Shown one piece after another: positions 45,991 through 57,646 of a DNA stretch of 64,000 nt. Each line of letters begins with the position of its first letter. Position 1 is the first letter of the stretch. The position numbers and the translations under genes were made by a program. The notes under the pieces are model-generated. The model searched no databases. It was given only the letters and a program-made list of their open reading frames with translations, and was not told the origin of the DNA. The stretch spans positions 15,208,963 to 15,272,962 of the forward strand of contig NC_069008.1 in the NCBI RefSeq assembly GCF_001194135.2, written 5' to 3'. The DNA comes from Octopus bimaculoides. Taxonomy: Eukaryota.

Positions 45991-46599
45991 AGATTTTGAA
46001 TTGTGCAAGAGTTCTGATCTGAGACTATTGTTATATTGGAAAGGAATTATAATTGATAAAACCTATAAACACACATTCAATCTTGGACAAGTGTGTTAAT
46101 TTTTCTTCCCCAAGCAGCTGATGTTGACTGAGCAACTCAATGCTAAGATTCACCAATGAGTACCATTATTTTTTGTTAATTTAATAACTCTTCCCTTACA
46201 GAGTAATAATGCAAAAAGGGCTCAGGAACAGATAGTGAAAGACACTAGGCAAACTTGGGCATTGCAGGCTAAACCCAGCCATCACCTTGCTACTTCAAGA
46301 ATATTCAGACATTTAAATATTGATTGCTTGAATATTACATTACAAATCTGCCAAATGAGATTGGAGCCTGGTGGCGCCTCCTGGTCCACCAGTTGTCAGT
46401 CAAATAGACCAACCCATGCTAGCATGGAAAGCAGACGTTAAACGATGATGGTAAACTCCTCTTCAATGTGGCCTGAAAGAAGACCAGTCTTTGTAGCATA
46501 GGAGCTGCATCTATATAACATGGCTGTAATGGTGTTGTTTAAAACAAGAATCTCTGAAGAGGGGTCACGTTACAGAATAATGTGGTGGTTAAACCTTTT

Positions 46600-47360
46600 A
46601 AAGGAACAACAATTGAAGGGTGCAAGAGGAAAGCTTGATGTAGCAGTTGCAGTAAAGAATTTCATAGTTTATAAGTTCTAAGAGCAGCCATGTTAATGAT
46701 GATGCCATTGTTAAACAACAAATTTGTTACTCTAGTGAGTGTCTACTCTCCAACCAGAGGTTCCTCTGAAGATGAAAATCTAGCATTTTTTATATTTCAT
46801 TAAAGAAGTTTGTTTGCAAAATTCCTTGTGCCGATAATATTGTTATACTTACTGTCTTCAGTGCCGGAGTTGGCAAGGATTACCAAACCTAGGCATACTT
46901 TAGAAAGTAATGGCTTATTACTGTTGCAAATATACTGGGAGCTGGAGTTGTGCATGGCAAACACCATGTACCAGAAAGCAGATAAATAGAAAACAACCTA
47001 GATGTGTTAAGGCTTGAAGCAGTGGTATAGAATTGAATTTGTTCATATTTGTTAGGTGTGAAGTTCATGATGTGTGTGGTGTCCTCATTATGTGGGGAGC
47101 TGAATACTGGACTGACCATCATCTCGTTCATACAAATGTAAAGTAAGTTTGTTATAAAACTGAAAATAAGATTCATTGGTTTGACCATTCCAAAGATGTT
47201 GTGACTTGCCTGAAAGATGATGCTATTAAAGAAGAATTCAGAGAAGAAGATGGACAATGTTGAATTCAAAGACTTGTGCAAAGAGTTCAAAATGCTGGTG
47301 ATTGGTATTTGAAAAGATGTTCTGCTATAGGTGCAGGGGAGGCTGTGGTTTGCTTTCAAC
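46600..47360 (+). mobile_element. Possible decayed LINE AP-endonuclease region
   Basis: Relic LVSVYSPTRGSSEDENLAF resembles the SxYAP...EEKxxFY motif; many stops. Confidence 0.35.
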
Positions 47361-49509
47361 AGAAGGTTTCAAGTTCAGTCCCACTGCATAGCACCCTAGG
47401 TGTCTTCTACTTATACCTTGGGCTGCCAAGCTTTTTGACAGATGGAAACTGAAAGAAGCTCATCTTGTTTATATGTATGGACTCTATTGTTGCTTTGACC
47501 AAAAAGGGTTCAGCAAAACACAGAAAACCATCGTCCTTTGGCCATCTATTTGCAGAGTCAAAGCTAAAGATGTCCAGTAGCACTCTCAACTTGTCCTTGT
47601 GGCTTCTTTCCCTATCACCACCGGATTTTGAAGAAAGTGTGATAATGTTGCTACCTTGGTTTGTTGAACAACTTGCATGACAAATATTATAATAGTGGGC
47701 ATGGTTTGTGCACAGCCAGTCCCTTCCCCCTCGTTCATCAAACTTGTATTAACTTGGTGCAACAACCACCACAAGCCCAGTGCTTTTCAGGATTCTAAAG
47801 AGTTGAATGGTCTCTTCTCTATTGGTGCGTCTGTCAGTGACCTTCTTTCCAAAGCAATTCCATGATATGCTAGTTAACCAATAGCTGGGACCCTTACAGG
47901 TGCTACTACTCCGGGTCAGAGTAGACCTGGGAACAATAGTGGCTAAGAGGTGGTTCCACACTCCTCAAAACTCTGAACCAGGGCCCCAGTACCAGATGCA
48001 GTTTACAGTCATACCCAGGACCACTACATAGCAACTGCAGATAATTCAACATTCTTTTTAAGTGCACCTTTAGCATACAACAAAACTCTATTACTGAGGG
48101 CATGGTCAATTTTAAGTGCTGATACTAAGCCCACCTGAGTTTCTTTAAATCTGATAAACACAATAAATCTATCTCACTAGTTAACCACATACAGAACCTT
48201 AAGAAAAACAATGTACCATATAATATCATTTGGTGTATCATAGATATTGGTGTTCCATACCAGGACAAAAATTACCCATGTTGGTTATGTTTAACAAAAT
48301 ATTAACAAATTCTATTACTTGATTCACTATTATTATTAAATAAACGCAACGAAGCATTTACCATCTGTGTCCACAGATTCTTTAAGATGTTCCAATTTTA
48401 TCACAAATCTAAATGTAGTGCTCTGAATCTCTCAACATGTCTCACCTGCATAAAGTAGATGTACCTCTTATACTTTATTAAGCTCCACCTTATTAGTCAC
48501 CTCTTCTTATGAATATTTTTCTATGTACCTATCTGACATCTTTATTCACTTCCTCTATTTTACATTTACCACTTTTGAACTCTGTACTATTCCATAATTT
48601 TAAATTTCATTATCTATTTTAATTGGAATTACAAGTTTGACTAAATATTCTTCTCTAGTGATCACATAGCATATTTTAGCTTCTACTTTGGATATTCTCT
48701 GCCAATGTACAAGATTTAAGATCTTTGTGTTTTTACTCATTTGCTACTGCTAACCTTATGCATACCTTTCATTAAACTAACAATTTTAAACCTTAATTCC
48801 ACATTGTTACAATAAATAATTTCTTTCGTTTGATAACTACCAACACATACATCTTAAGCTCACTCTACTGTAGTCAGATGATTTATAACCCTATACCTGC
48901 GTAACTCCTCAACCTTCTTTACTTAACATAACCCTTTCTGTCACACCCACATCACGCAAACCAATATACCAGACTGTAGTAGACAATGCATATACTAGAA
49001 AGAGATATTTCTTCTGTGATTCCTGTATTTCTTGCTAACACAATAACTGCGTTTGGTGGAGGAAGAGAATATTCAACATTTTACAAATTTGCCACATAAG
49101 CCATTCCAAGTTTTCCAAAGAATATTGCTGCATTAACATATTTTTTGTGAATTAGTGATTTATTTACACATTTCACTATGTATTTAAGTGAACTACTAGT
49201 CTCTAACAAGTGTTGATATATTAAACAAGAAGACAACTGGAATTTTTCCTATTACATCTTTTTAATTTATAACTAGTTTTATAGATATAATAATGAAATA
49301 CGTTTTAAACATGAATATATAGACAGAAAATTGTATATATTTTGTAGGACCAATTTAACTTCACAACAAATCAAATAAAAACAATAAAAATTCATTACAT
49401 ACCAAACAAACTTAATTACCAGGCAGCTATTTGTCGCTACAATGCTTGAAATCATCTGATCCCATCCCTTGCTTCTTAATTAAATTTCAATGTAAAACTA
49501 TGTGAATAA

Positions 49510-49546
<37 letters not shown>

Positions 49547-50383
49547 TGTGTAATGTCAGTGTAATGTGAAATGCATACTCGACAGTATAAGTGCCTTGAG
49601 AAAAAAGTTGGACCTAAGAAGCATCAGATGTGGTGTGCAAGAGAGACTACTGCGCTGGTATGGTCATGTGGTGAGAATGGATGAGGATAGCTGTGTGAAA
49701 AAGTGTCACACCCTAGCGGTTGAGGGAACCTGTGGAAGAGATAGACCTAGGATGAGGTGGTGAAGTACGACCTCTGAACATAAGGCCTCACCGAGGTAAT
49801 GACTTCTGACCGAGACCTTTGGAAATATGCTGTGCTTGAGAAGACCCGGCAAGCCAAGTGAAACCATAACCTGTGGCCGATGCCAGTGGTGTAACCAGCC
49901 CACTTAGGTGTACCTTTCTTTCATTGGACACTAAACTCTGCTTGTGAAGACCTGTTGGGGCAAGTGAAATCAAATTCAATGACAGCACCGCATGACTGGC
50001 ATCTGTGCTAGTAGAGCGCTAAGAGCACCATCCGAGAGTGATCGTCTCAGGCCGCTGACTGGCCCCCGTCCCAGTGGCACATAAAAAGCACCATTCGAGC
50101 GTAATCGTTACCAGCATCACCTTACTGGCACTTGTGCCGGTGGTACGTAGAAAACAACATTTGAACGAGGGTGTTGCTAGTACCGCCTGACTGGCCCTCG
50201 TGCCGGTGGCACATAAAAGCACCTGTTACATTCTCGGAGTGGTTGGCATGAGAAAGGGCATCCAGCTGGAGAGACTCTGCCAAATCAGATTGGAGCCTGG
50301 TGCAGCCATGTGGCTCACCAGTCCCCAGTCAAACCGTCCAACCCATGCCAGCATGGAAAGCGGACGTTAAACGATGATGATGA
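49547..50383 (+). mobile_element. 5'-truncated RTE-like LINE inserted in a (TA)n tract
   Basis: C-terminal ORF2 relic RLLRWYGHVVRMDEDSCVKKCHTLAVEGTCGRDRP, then 3' UTR and gatgatgat tail. TA repeats on both flanks. Confidence 0.82.
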
Positions 50384-51455
50384 TATATATCTTGCACCGA
50401 TGAAGACAAGATTTCAAATATACATTTAAGATGGAAAAAGCAATTATTGAAAGTTTGTTGTATATTCCCTTCCTTCATCAAACATGTCAATTGTACAGTG
50501 ATGATATAATTGATCTCAGAGAGTACATTTCTCAATAGTTTACCAACAATATCAAATCAATCTTTTCTCAATTCCAGAAATATGTTATATGGAATATTTT
50601 GAAAAGAACTTTAGTCAAATTTGGAAAGAGCCATAATTAATAATAAAGTTTATAATAACACTCACTGATTGTTGTCTGCATTTCACATCCTTTCTTTTAT
50701 CAAAACCTGTTGATGTTTGCTTATGTTACATCAAAATTTATTTCTCACTCACCATTCAGAACATTACAGATTTAGTGTAGCAAAAAATACTTTTAAGAAG
50801 ATAAACAAACATCAACTGCTTTAGCAAAAAAAAGTGAAACATTAGATAACAGCAAGTGAGTGTGTTTATATATGCTTTATTAAGTATGACTCCTCCCAAA
50901 TATTGGATTCAACACAGTTTCAGTTCAAAACCTGGAAGAAATTACTTTTATTAAGAATATCACAGAGGTAAGTTATCTCACCAGTGTAGATAGAGTTGTA
51001 GTGATATTATAAACTGTAGTGTTAGGAGGCATTACCAGACACTGTTGTGTTGCCTTTCCTGTTTGAATACATTGACTGTTATCAATGGGTGTTTTGCAGG
51101 TCATTTTTCATATCGGAATTTTAGTAGTGAATCATGTCCCTGCATGTTGTGAGAGGTAACTAAAAGGGTTGGCATCAGAAAAAGTTGAACAGATGTAAAA
51201 GACAGCCTGAAAAAGGCAGCTACCATGAATAGCTTAGTTCTTGGTAAGGCTAAAACCAACAAAGCTATCACAACAATAGATAAAGCTTAAAATATTGGCT
51301 GTTATCGTTATGAATTTTCATATTGATACAATTACACTTCAATATGAATAGATACATGTTTAGTTAACTGACAGCCTCCAGAGAATGATCTATCACAGAT
51401 GTTACAGTGATGTGACTTGTTTCGTGTTTGAATACATATGTGTTTAAGTGGGTCG

Positions 51456-52796
51456 CTAATTTGAGGGCTTTTCTCCTGTGTGAATACGTTTGTGAGAAGT
51501 TAAGTTACTAATTACAGAGAATGATTTACCACAGATATCACAATGATGTGGCTTTTCTCCTGAATGAATACGTTTGTGAGAAATTAGGTTATGACTTTGA
51601 GAAAATGATTTACCACAGATATCACAATGATATGGTTTCTCTCCTGTATGAATATGTTTGTGTTTTGTTAAATTATTACTTTGAGAGAATGATTTACCAC
51701 AGATATCACAGTGATATGGCTTCTCTCCTGAGTGAATTCGCTTGTGTTTAGTATAGTCACTACTTATGCGGAATGATTTACCACAGATATCACAATGAAA
51801 TGGCTTCTCACCAGTATGAATACGTTTGTGTCTATTTAACGCACGGCGTTTGAAGAATGATTTACCACAGATATCACAGAGATATCTCTTTTCCTCTGTG
51901 TGAATACTTTTGTGTTCAGCTAAGTGACTACTTAAAGAGAACGATTTACCACAGACATCACAGTGAAATGATTTCATTCTTGAATGAATACGTTTGTGTT
52001 TAGTCAAGTTATAACTTTGAGAGAAAGACTTACCACAGATATCACAGTGATATGGCTTCTCTCCTGAATGAATACGTTTGTGCTTAGTTACTTTATAACT
52101 TTCAGAGAATGATTTACCACAAATATCACAGTGATATGGCTTCTCTCCTGAATGAATACGTTTGTGCTTTGTGAAGTCACCACTACCAGAGAATGATTTA
52201 CCACAAATATCACAGTGGTATGGTTTCTCTCCTGAATGAATACGTTTGTGAGTAGTTAAGTGACTATTTGCAGAGAATGATTTACCACAGACATCACAGT
52301 GAAATGGCTTCACTCCTGTGTGAGTATATTTGTGAGTAGTTAAGTTACTGCTGACAGAGAATGATTTATCACAGATATCACAACGATACGGCTTCTCTCC
52401 TGTATGAATACGCTTGTGAGAAGTTACATGATAACTTCGAGAGAATGACTTACCACAGATATCACAGTGATATGGCTTCTCACCTGTATGAATACGTTTG
52501 TGTGTTGTTAACACATCATTTTGAGAGAATGATTTACCACATATATCACACTGATATGGCTTCTCCCCCGTATGGATACGTACATGCCTAGTTAATTTAA
52601 TACTTCCAGTGAATGATTTACCACAGATATAACAGCAATATGGCTTTTCCCTTGTATGAATACATTTATGAGTATTTAGGTTACCTGCTTGTGAGAATGA
52701 CTTTTTACAGGTATCACAGTCATATGACAATTTACTTTTCTCTTTTATCATGCCTTCAGGAAAAACCACATCCTTAAGTTTCTCACTTTCTTCCAT
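51456..52796 (-). CDS. C2H2 zinc-finger gene I, 15 fingers, 446 aa
   Basis: Intact ORF with leader [10 protein letters not shown] and 15 fingers. A relic finger lies after the stop (~51340-51455). Confidence 0.95.
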   Translation of the reverse strand: MEESEKLKDVVFPEGMIKEKSKLSYDCDTCKKSFSQAGNLNTHKCIHTREKPYCCYICGKSFTGSIKLTRHVRIHTGEKPYQCDICGKSFSQNDVLTTHKRIHTGEKPYHCDICGKSFSRSYHVTSHKRIHTGEKPYRCDICDKSFSVSSNLTTHKYTHTGVKPFHCDVCGKSFSANSHLTTHKRIHSGEKPYHCDICGKSFSGSGDFTKHKRIHSGEKPYHCDICGKSFSESYKVTKHKRIHSGEKPYHCDICGKSFSQSYNLTKHKRIHSRMKSFHCDVCGKSFSLSSHLAEHKSIHTEEKRYLCDICGKSFFKRRALNRHKRIHTGEKPFHCDICGKSFRISSDYTKHKRIHSGEKPYHCDICGKSFSQSNNLTKHKHIHTGEKPYHCDICGKSFSQSHNLISHKRIHSGEKPHHCDICGKSFSVISNLTSHKRIHTGEKPSN

Positions 52797-53921
52797 TATT
52801 TTTCTTCTTAAATCACAATGAATATTTTTTTTTTTCTTGCTTCTATTCTTTGAGTTTATTCCTTACAAATACTTCCACTGTTATATTTCTGTCCCGTGTT
52901 GCCTCATATAAATTTATGCAATTTTCGTTAGCACACAAATTCATCTTTTAGCACTCCAGTCAGAAACATATATTAATTTTGGTGATGGTTTCATTTCAGA
53001 ACAAAGAGTTCAAAGGAATTCTGCCAAAGATTTATATAAACAGTGTTATATATCTCTTCTGTATAACATTTTTCTTCAGTCTTCAAAAGATGATAGATAA
53101 GGAGCATATATCTCTTGGTATCCCAAATGACATCAGATATTCTAAAATAATAAAAAAAACAACAATGTAAGTTATAGGGGTTACTTAAAAAATTCAACAA
53201 TGGAAAACTTACAATGGTTTTACAGATACAAACTGTAGAAGCAAACATTTAAGATTAACAATTGAACTCATTAATTTATTCAAGTTTACAGGGGTGTGTT
53301 GAAAAGTTCCTGGGTTTAAGACAGGCATGTGCCATTAGTAATTACTCAGGGTAGGAAGTTGGTAACCTTTATGTAGTAAAAAATAAGCGAAACAGGTGCG
53401 TGACTGAGCTGTAAGCAGATTTCTATCTGCCTTTATAGCACATAAAGAAAACGTTGTTTGTAGGAATGTACATGGCATGTGTACTACAGCAGTTCTATGC
53501 GTAGCTTAAATACCAAGATTGAAAAGCAGAGGAAAAATTATGCTTACCTCATCGACAAAAAAATAAAATATTTTGCATTTTAATAATCAGAGTAACCTTC
53601 ATAATTTTATTGAATTAGTTGCATATTTTGCCATAAAAGGAAAATGCTGCTATCGATCTATTTTATTCAAGGTAGGCAATGCCTACCTTGCCTAACTAGA
53701 TGGCACATCCCTGGTGTAAGAGTATCACGAAAGGCCTTTTATTTTTCACCACTACTGTAATTTGTATCACTAAAACGAATGAGAAAAAGCCAAGGTGCGA
53801 GAATTACCTTTGCCTTCCTCCTCCCCTCAATTTGATTTTTTTTTGTTTTTTGCAAATCTAATTTCCCACATAATCAACAGCATCTGAGACATATAATTAG
53901 AAAATTTTATTTAAAATTATT

Positions 53922-54491
53922 CGGTACTACTAAAGCAGCGCGGACCCGAACGCGCAGTCGCGCGTCCGCGCTAGCTAGTCTTGAGTGGTCGATCCTAACC
54001 CTAACCCTGTCCCTATCCCTAACCCGATCTATTTTAAAACGGGGGCCACATTTTTCATTAATGTTTTACGTNNNNNNNNNNTTATCTATTTTGTGTTATA
54101 GAACAGAAAAATATTTTTGTATTCGAATTTATTTCATGTAAAAAATTGTCTTATTTCGATAATTTCAACCAATCACTGACAAGTATTCAGTTGTTTACAT
54201 TTACTCCTTTGGCTCATTAAGCGATGTAAAGCGTATTTAATCTCCATACCTTCGTTTTATTTGCTTTTTTCATTTTAAATTTGCTTTAACCCTAGGGTTA
54301 GGGTTAATTCTACCAGTGTTCCAAGTTTCAAAGTGTTTCGTTAATGAAAAATGTGGCCCCCGTTTTAAAAAAGATCCCCCTAACCCGCGTGTGCAAATGA
54401 ATACGTGTTTAGGGTTAGGATCGACCACTCACGACTAGCTAGCGCTGACGCGCGACTGCGCGTTCGGGTCCGCGCTGCTTTAGTAGTACCG
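53922..54491. mobile_element. Fold-back element with ~85-bp CpG-rich TIRs ending in telomere-like repeats
   Basis: cggtactactaaagcagcgcggacccgaacgcgcagtcgcgcg...gatcctaaccctaa and its reverse complement at ~54409-54491. Flanking aattatt is repeated on both sides. Confidence 0.8.
54025..54377. mobile_element. Merlin-type MITE copy 1, nested in the fold-back element
   Basis: ~37-bp TIR (g)gatctattttaaaacgggggccacatttttcattaa. 8-bp TSD ccctaacc at 54017-54024 and 54378-54385. Confidence 0.78.
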
Positions 54492-54563
54492 AATTATTAA
54501 TTTTTCAGAAAGTTATGAGGAAACAATTTACTAGTGGTTTGGGAACACATCAGTAATTATATC

Positions 54564-54691
54564 TACAGGGTGTCCAGAAGGTCTGGGTACGTAGAGTAAA
54601 TAAAATCATAACATAAACAATTAAATATAAGAAATAATTTCTTAAAGTACGTGTTAATCCATATGTACCCAGACTTTGTGGACACGCTGTA
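54564..54691. mobile_element. 128-bp Tc1/mariner-type MITE (TA ends included)
   Basis: 27-bp TIR tacagggtgtccagaaggtctgggtac versus tacagcgtgtccacaaagtctgggtac (3 mismatches). Paralogous modules (18915-18950, 30715-30750) lack it. Confidence 0.8.
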
Positions 54692-55043
54692 GACACAAAC
54701 ATTCGATAAATTATAATGAAGTATTGCTTTCTGAATGTATTTCACAATATTTCTCAAATTAAAACAGACAACAAACGCGGCAACGATGGAAAGTGTAGAA
54801 GGTAGTTTCCATATTTAGAAACAGCCAAATTCCGCACAAATCAAGGATAAGATAGAAGAAAGACGTCAAAACCGAACGTCTACGGAATGAATCAATGTTT
54901 AATACTTACGAAAATGTTTCATAAAGGATAGTGTTGTTATATATGAGTGTATCTGGTAGTCGAAAAATTCATTATAAATATTAGCAGTTGATGGACAATA
55001 CTTCACGCAAAGGACATAAACTATTCCGCAATGAAGGTCCAAG

Positions 55044-55141
55044 CGGAAGTACGTGTGGTGCGCATGCGTATTTTTTCATTTTTTTTCAGCACTTGTCTCT
55101 CGTTGATCTCTTCTATAACCTCTCTGGCAATTTTTGAGGGG

Positions 55142-55192
<51 letters not shown>

Positions 55193-55195
55193 CAC

Positions 55196-55227
<32 letters not shown>

Positions 55228-55927
55228 GTGTGTGTATGCTAGTATTTATATTTGACTGCATTGACCATCCTATCGGATGTTATAGTTCACTCACCATGCC
55301 CCTCCATTTCTCTCTTGACAGTGCCATTCTTTGCCAATTTGGCCCAAATATTTTACCTAAATCGTGATGTCTGCATTTAATCATTCTGCGAAAGTTATGG
55401 CTTAACTGGACATGTTTGTATGCCTATGAGAACGTAACTATATAAATGTAACAATTCATAATAGACACTAAAACATTCGCCTAAATTCGGGTTAGTTTTG
55501 AAGGTTTTTAACCACAGCAACAATTAATCCACTCATTGTGGTTCTGTTCTTTTAGGGTCATGTTTAAATCTGGTTGACTTTCTTGACGCCAACCTCTTTA
55601 CTTGCCTCAAACAGCATTCAGAAATATGTATAACTGTCAAAATTCCTTCTCGTAAAAGGAAATGACAAAAAAATTGTAGTAAAGCTGCTTGGTAATAATG
55701 GCAGACGTGGCTAGCAAATCATCATATGACCTGTTTGACAGCATTTTTATTGTTCTCTTCGGTTTTTCTGAATTCAGTGTGCACATTACGTCGTGAGCAA
55801 TTTCTTTTATAACAACTATACCAGAAACTGAGTTCGTGAGAAGCGTGTTCCGATAGTTGTGAGACAAGAGTTGTCTGCCTTAAATATTTAAGAGAAAACA
55901 AACGCATGCGCATTGGACGTACTTCCT
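55044..55927. promoter_or_regulatory. Divergent promoter region of the I/J pair
   Basis: I element cggaagtacgtgtggtgcgcatgcg at 55044-55068. J element cgcatgcgcattggacgtacttcct at 55903-55927. Donors at 54904-54909 (-) and 56062-56067 (+). Confidence 0.72.
55141..55236. repeat. (TA)n/(CA)n microsatellite inside the I/J divergent promoter region
   Basis: Compound TA and CA tract. Confidence 0.92.
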
Positions 55928-56149
55928 ACTGATATCCGGTTAAATGTCCAGTGAATGAATTTCTTTTAATCAGCTGATTATAATACGAACCTACAACGCA
56001 TTTTTCAACTGCCAGACACACACATATATAATAACAACACTAGCCTTTGTGAAACATTTCTGTAAGTGATAAGCAATGAAAGTATTCATTGCTTTTAATT
56101 CTGTAGACGTTCGCTCTTTGGCGCGACGATTCTTTGTGTCTTTTCTATT

Positions 56150-56255
56150 TTATGAATGAGAGATGTCCTTGATTTGTGCAGGATTTGGCTGCTATTTCTA
56201 ACTATGAAAGAGAGATGTCTATGATTTGTGCGAGATTTGGCTGCCATTTCTAGCT
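56150..56255 (+). repeat. 52-bp repeat, 2 units, gene J intron 1
   Basis: gatttggctgctatttctaac and gagatttggctgccatttctagc cores. Confidence 0.78.
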
Positions 56256-56681
56256 GTGGACGTCTACACTCTCCGTCGTTACCACTTCAGATTGCTGTGT
56301 GTTTTAGTTTAAGAAATATTCTGAAATGTTCAGAAACCGATACATTTTTTTATTTTTTTATATAATTTATGGAATCTTTGTTTCTTTGTATAACTACCGA
56401 TTTGTGCCCATTCCATTAGCAGTTTGTTTCCTCATAACTTTCTCCAAAATGGATAATTTTAAATAAAAATTACTGAAAGTACGTTTCAGATGATGTAGAT
56501 GAGGATTTTGTAGGAATTTTTGGTGAAAAAAAAACAAGGTACGATTGAATGGTGATTATGGATAATTTATACACGTCGACTTCTTCGTACTTGTGGATTT
56601 AAAATTATGATGAAAAATAAGGCGGAGTGTCGCATCCACATCTAAATTGGATATTATCCATGTTGAGGGGAATTTTTTGGC

Positions 56682-56842
56682 ACTACTTAAATACAGAGGT
56701 CCCGATTCAGCATGTAACGTTATGAAAGGGAAGGTTAGGGTTACGATGTCGTTGCACGTCCACACAGCTTACATTTAAAATGTTTTGTACGTAACACCTG
56801 TATTTAAGTAGTTCTGTTAAGGGACCTCTGTATTTAAGTAGT
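56682..56842. mobile_element. 161-bp element with a perfect 22-bp inverted repeat
   Basis: actacttaaatacagaggtccc / gggacctctgtatttaagtagt, with internal ggttagggtta. No TSD seen. Confidence 0.5.
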
Positions 56843-57646
56843 ATCGATTTTTTTTTTCAAATTATCTTCACCACGCATTTGAAAATGATGTGGGTGGCGA
56901 AGCCTTTTATAAAAAGTTAAGAAAATCTGATTTCTACCCGCTTTTACGACACCGAACACTATTACAATTTTTGAGTAACATGTAACCGTCGTAAGAGGAT
57001 GAAAGTAAATGGATATTGCAGTACACTTGGCCATTTTTATGAGGAATGGGCCACAAGTACTTTTCACCACCAGAGAGATGAGTCTTAACGCTTCTGCTGC
57101 AGAGTGCAGGTTTTCTTGAGTACAACGAGGTGCCAGGCATCTCAGTCTTTGTCATATCACCTGGAAAGTTCAGCATCCTGAGTTTGCTCTTCAGCACTTC
57201 ATACCCTGTCTTCCAGGATGTCCCACTTCCACATGTTCCATCTACTTTTTAGAGATTAGCACTTCTTTATGTAGCTGTGAGACATACAGCTCAGTTGTTA
57301 GGGTATATCTTTAATTCTACAGATTATCTCAATAGAAACGAATCTGTATGTTTTAAGTAGCCTCCACATCTTACACTGTTGTTTTTCTATAATTTCAGAA
57401 CATCAGATGACACTGACATAACAGAAGAAACCTCCTCAATATCTACCATGTTTTAAGGAATAAAAGAAAATATTATATGAAACAGATGTATAACATTGTT
57501 TCTACAAATCTGGTAGAATTCCTGTGAAACGTTTGCTAGACAAAAGTAGCAATGGACAGAAATGCAGCAGTAGAAGTATTTGTGAGTAATAAAGTATAAA
57601 AACAAAAGCAAGAAGAATATATCAACTGTGATTTGAGAGGAAAATA

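Noticed and set aside
48000-49300. Possible decayed L1/Tx1-like RT on the minus strand
   Set aside because: Only faint motif traces with many stops; not enough to call without a profile search.
53995-54030. Interstitial telomere or chromosome fusion site
   Set aside because: Only 2-4 CCCTAA units, embedded in TIR-bounded elements.
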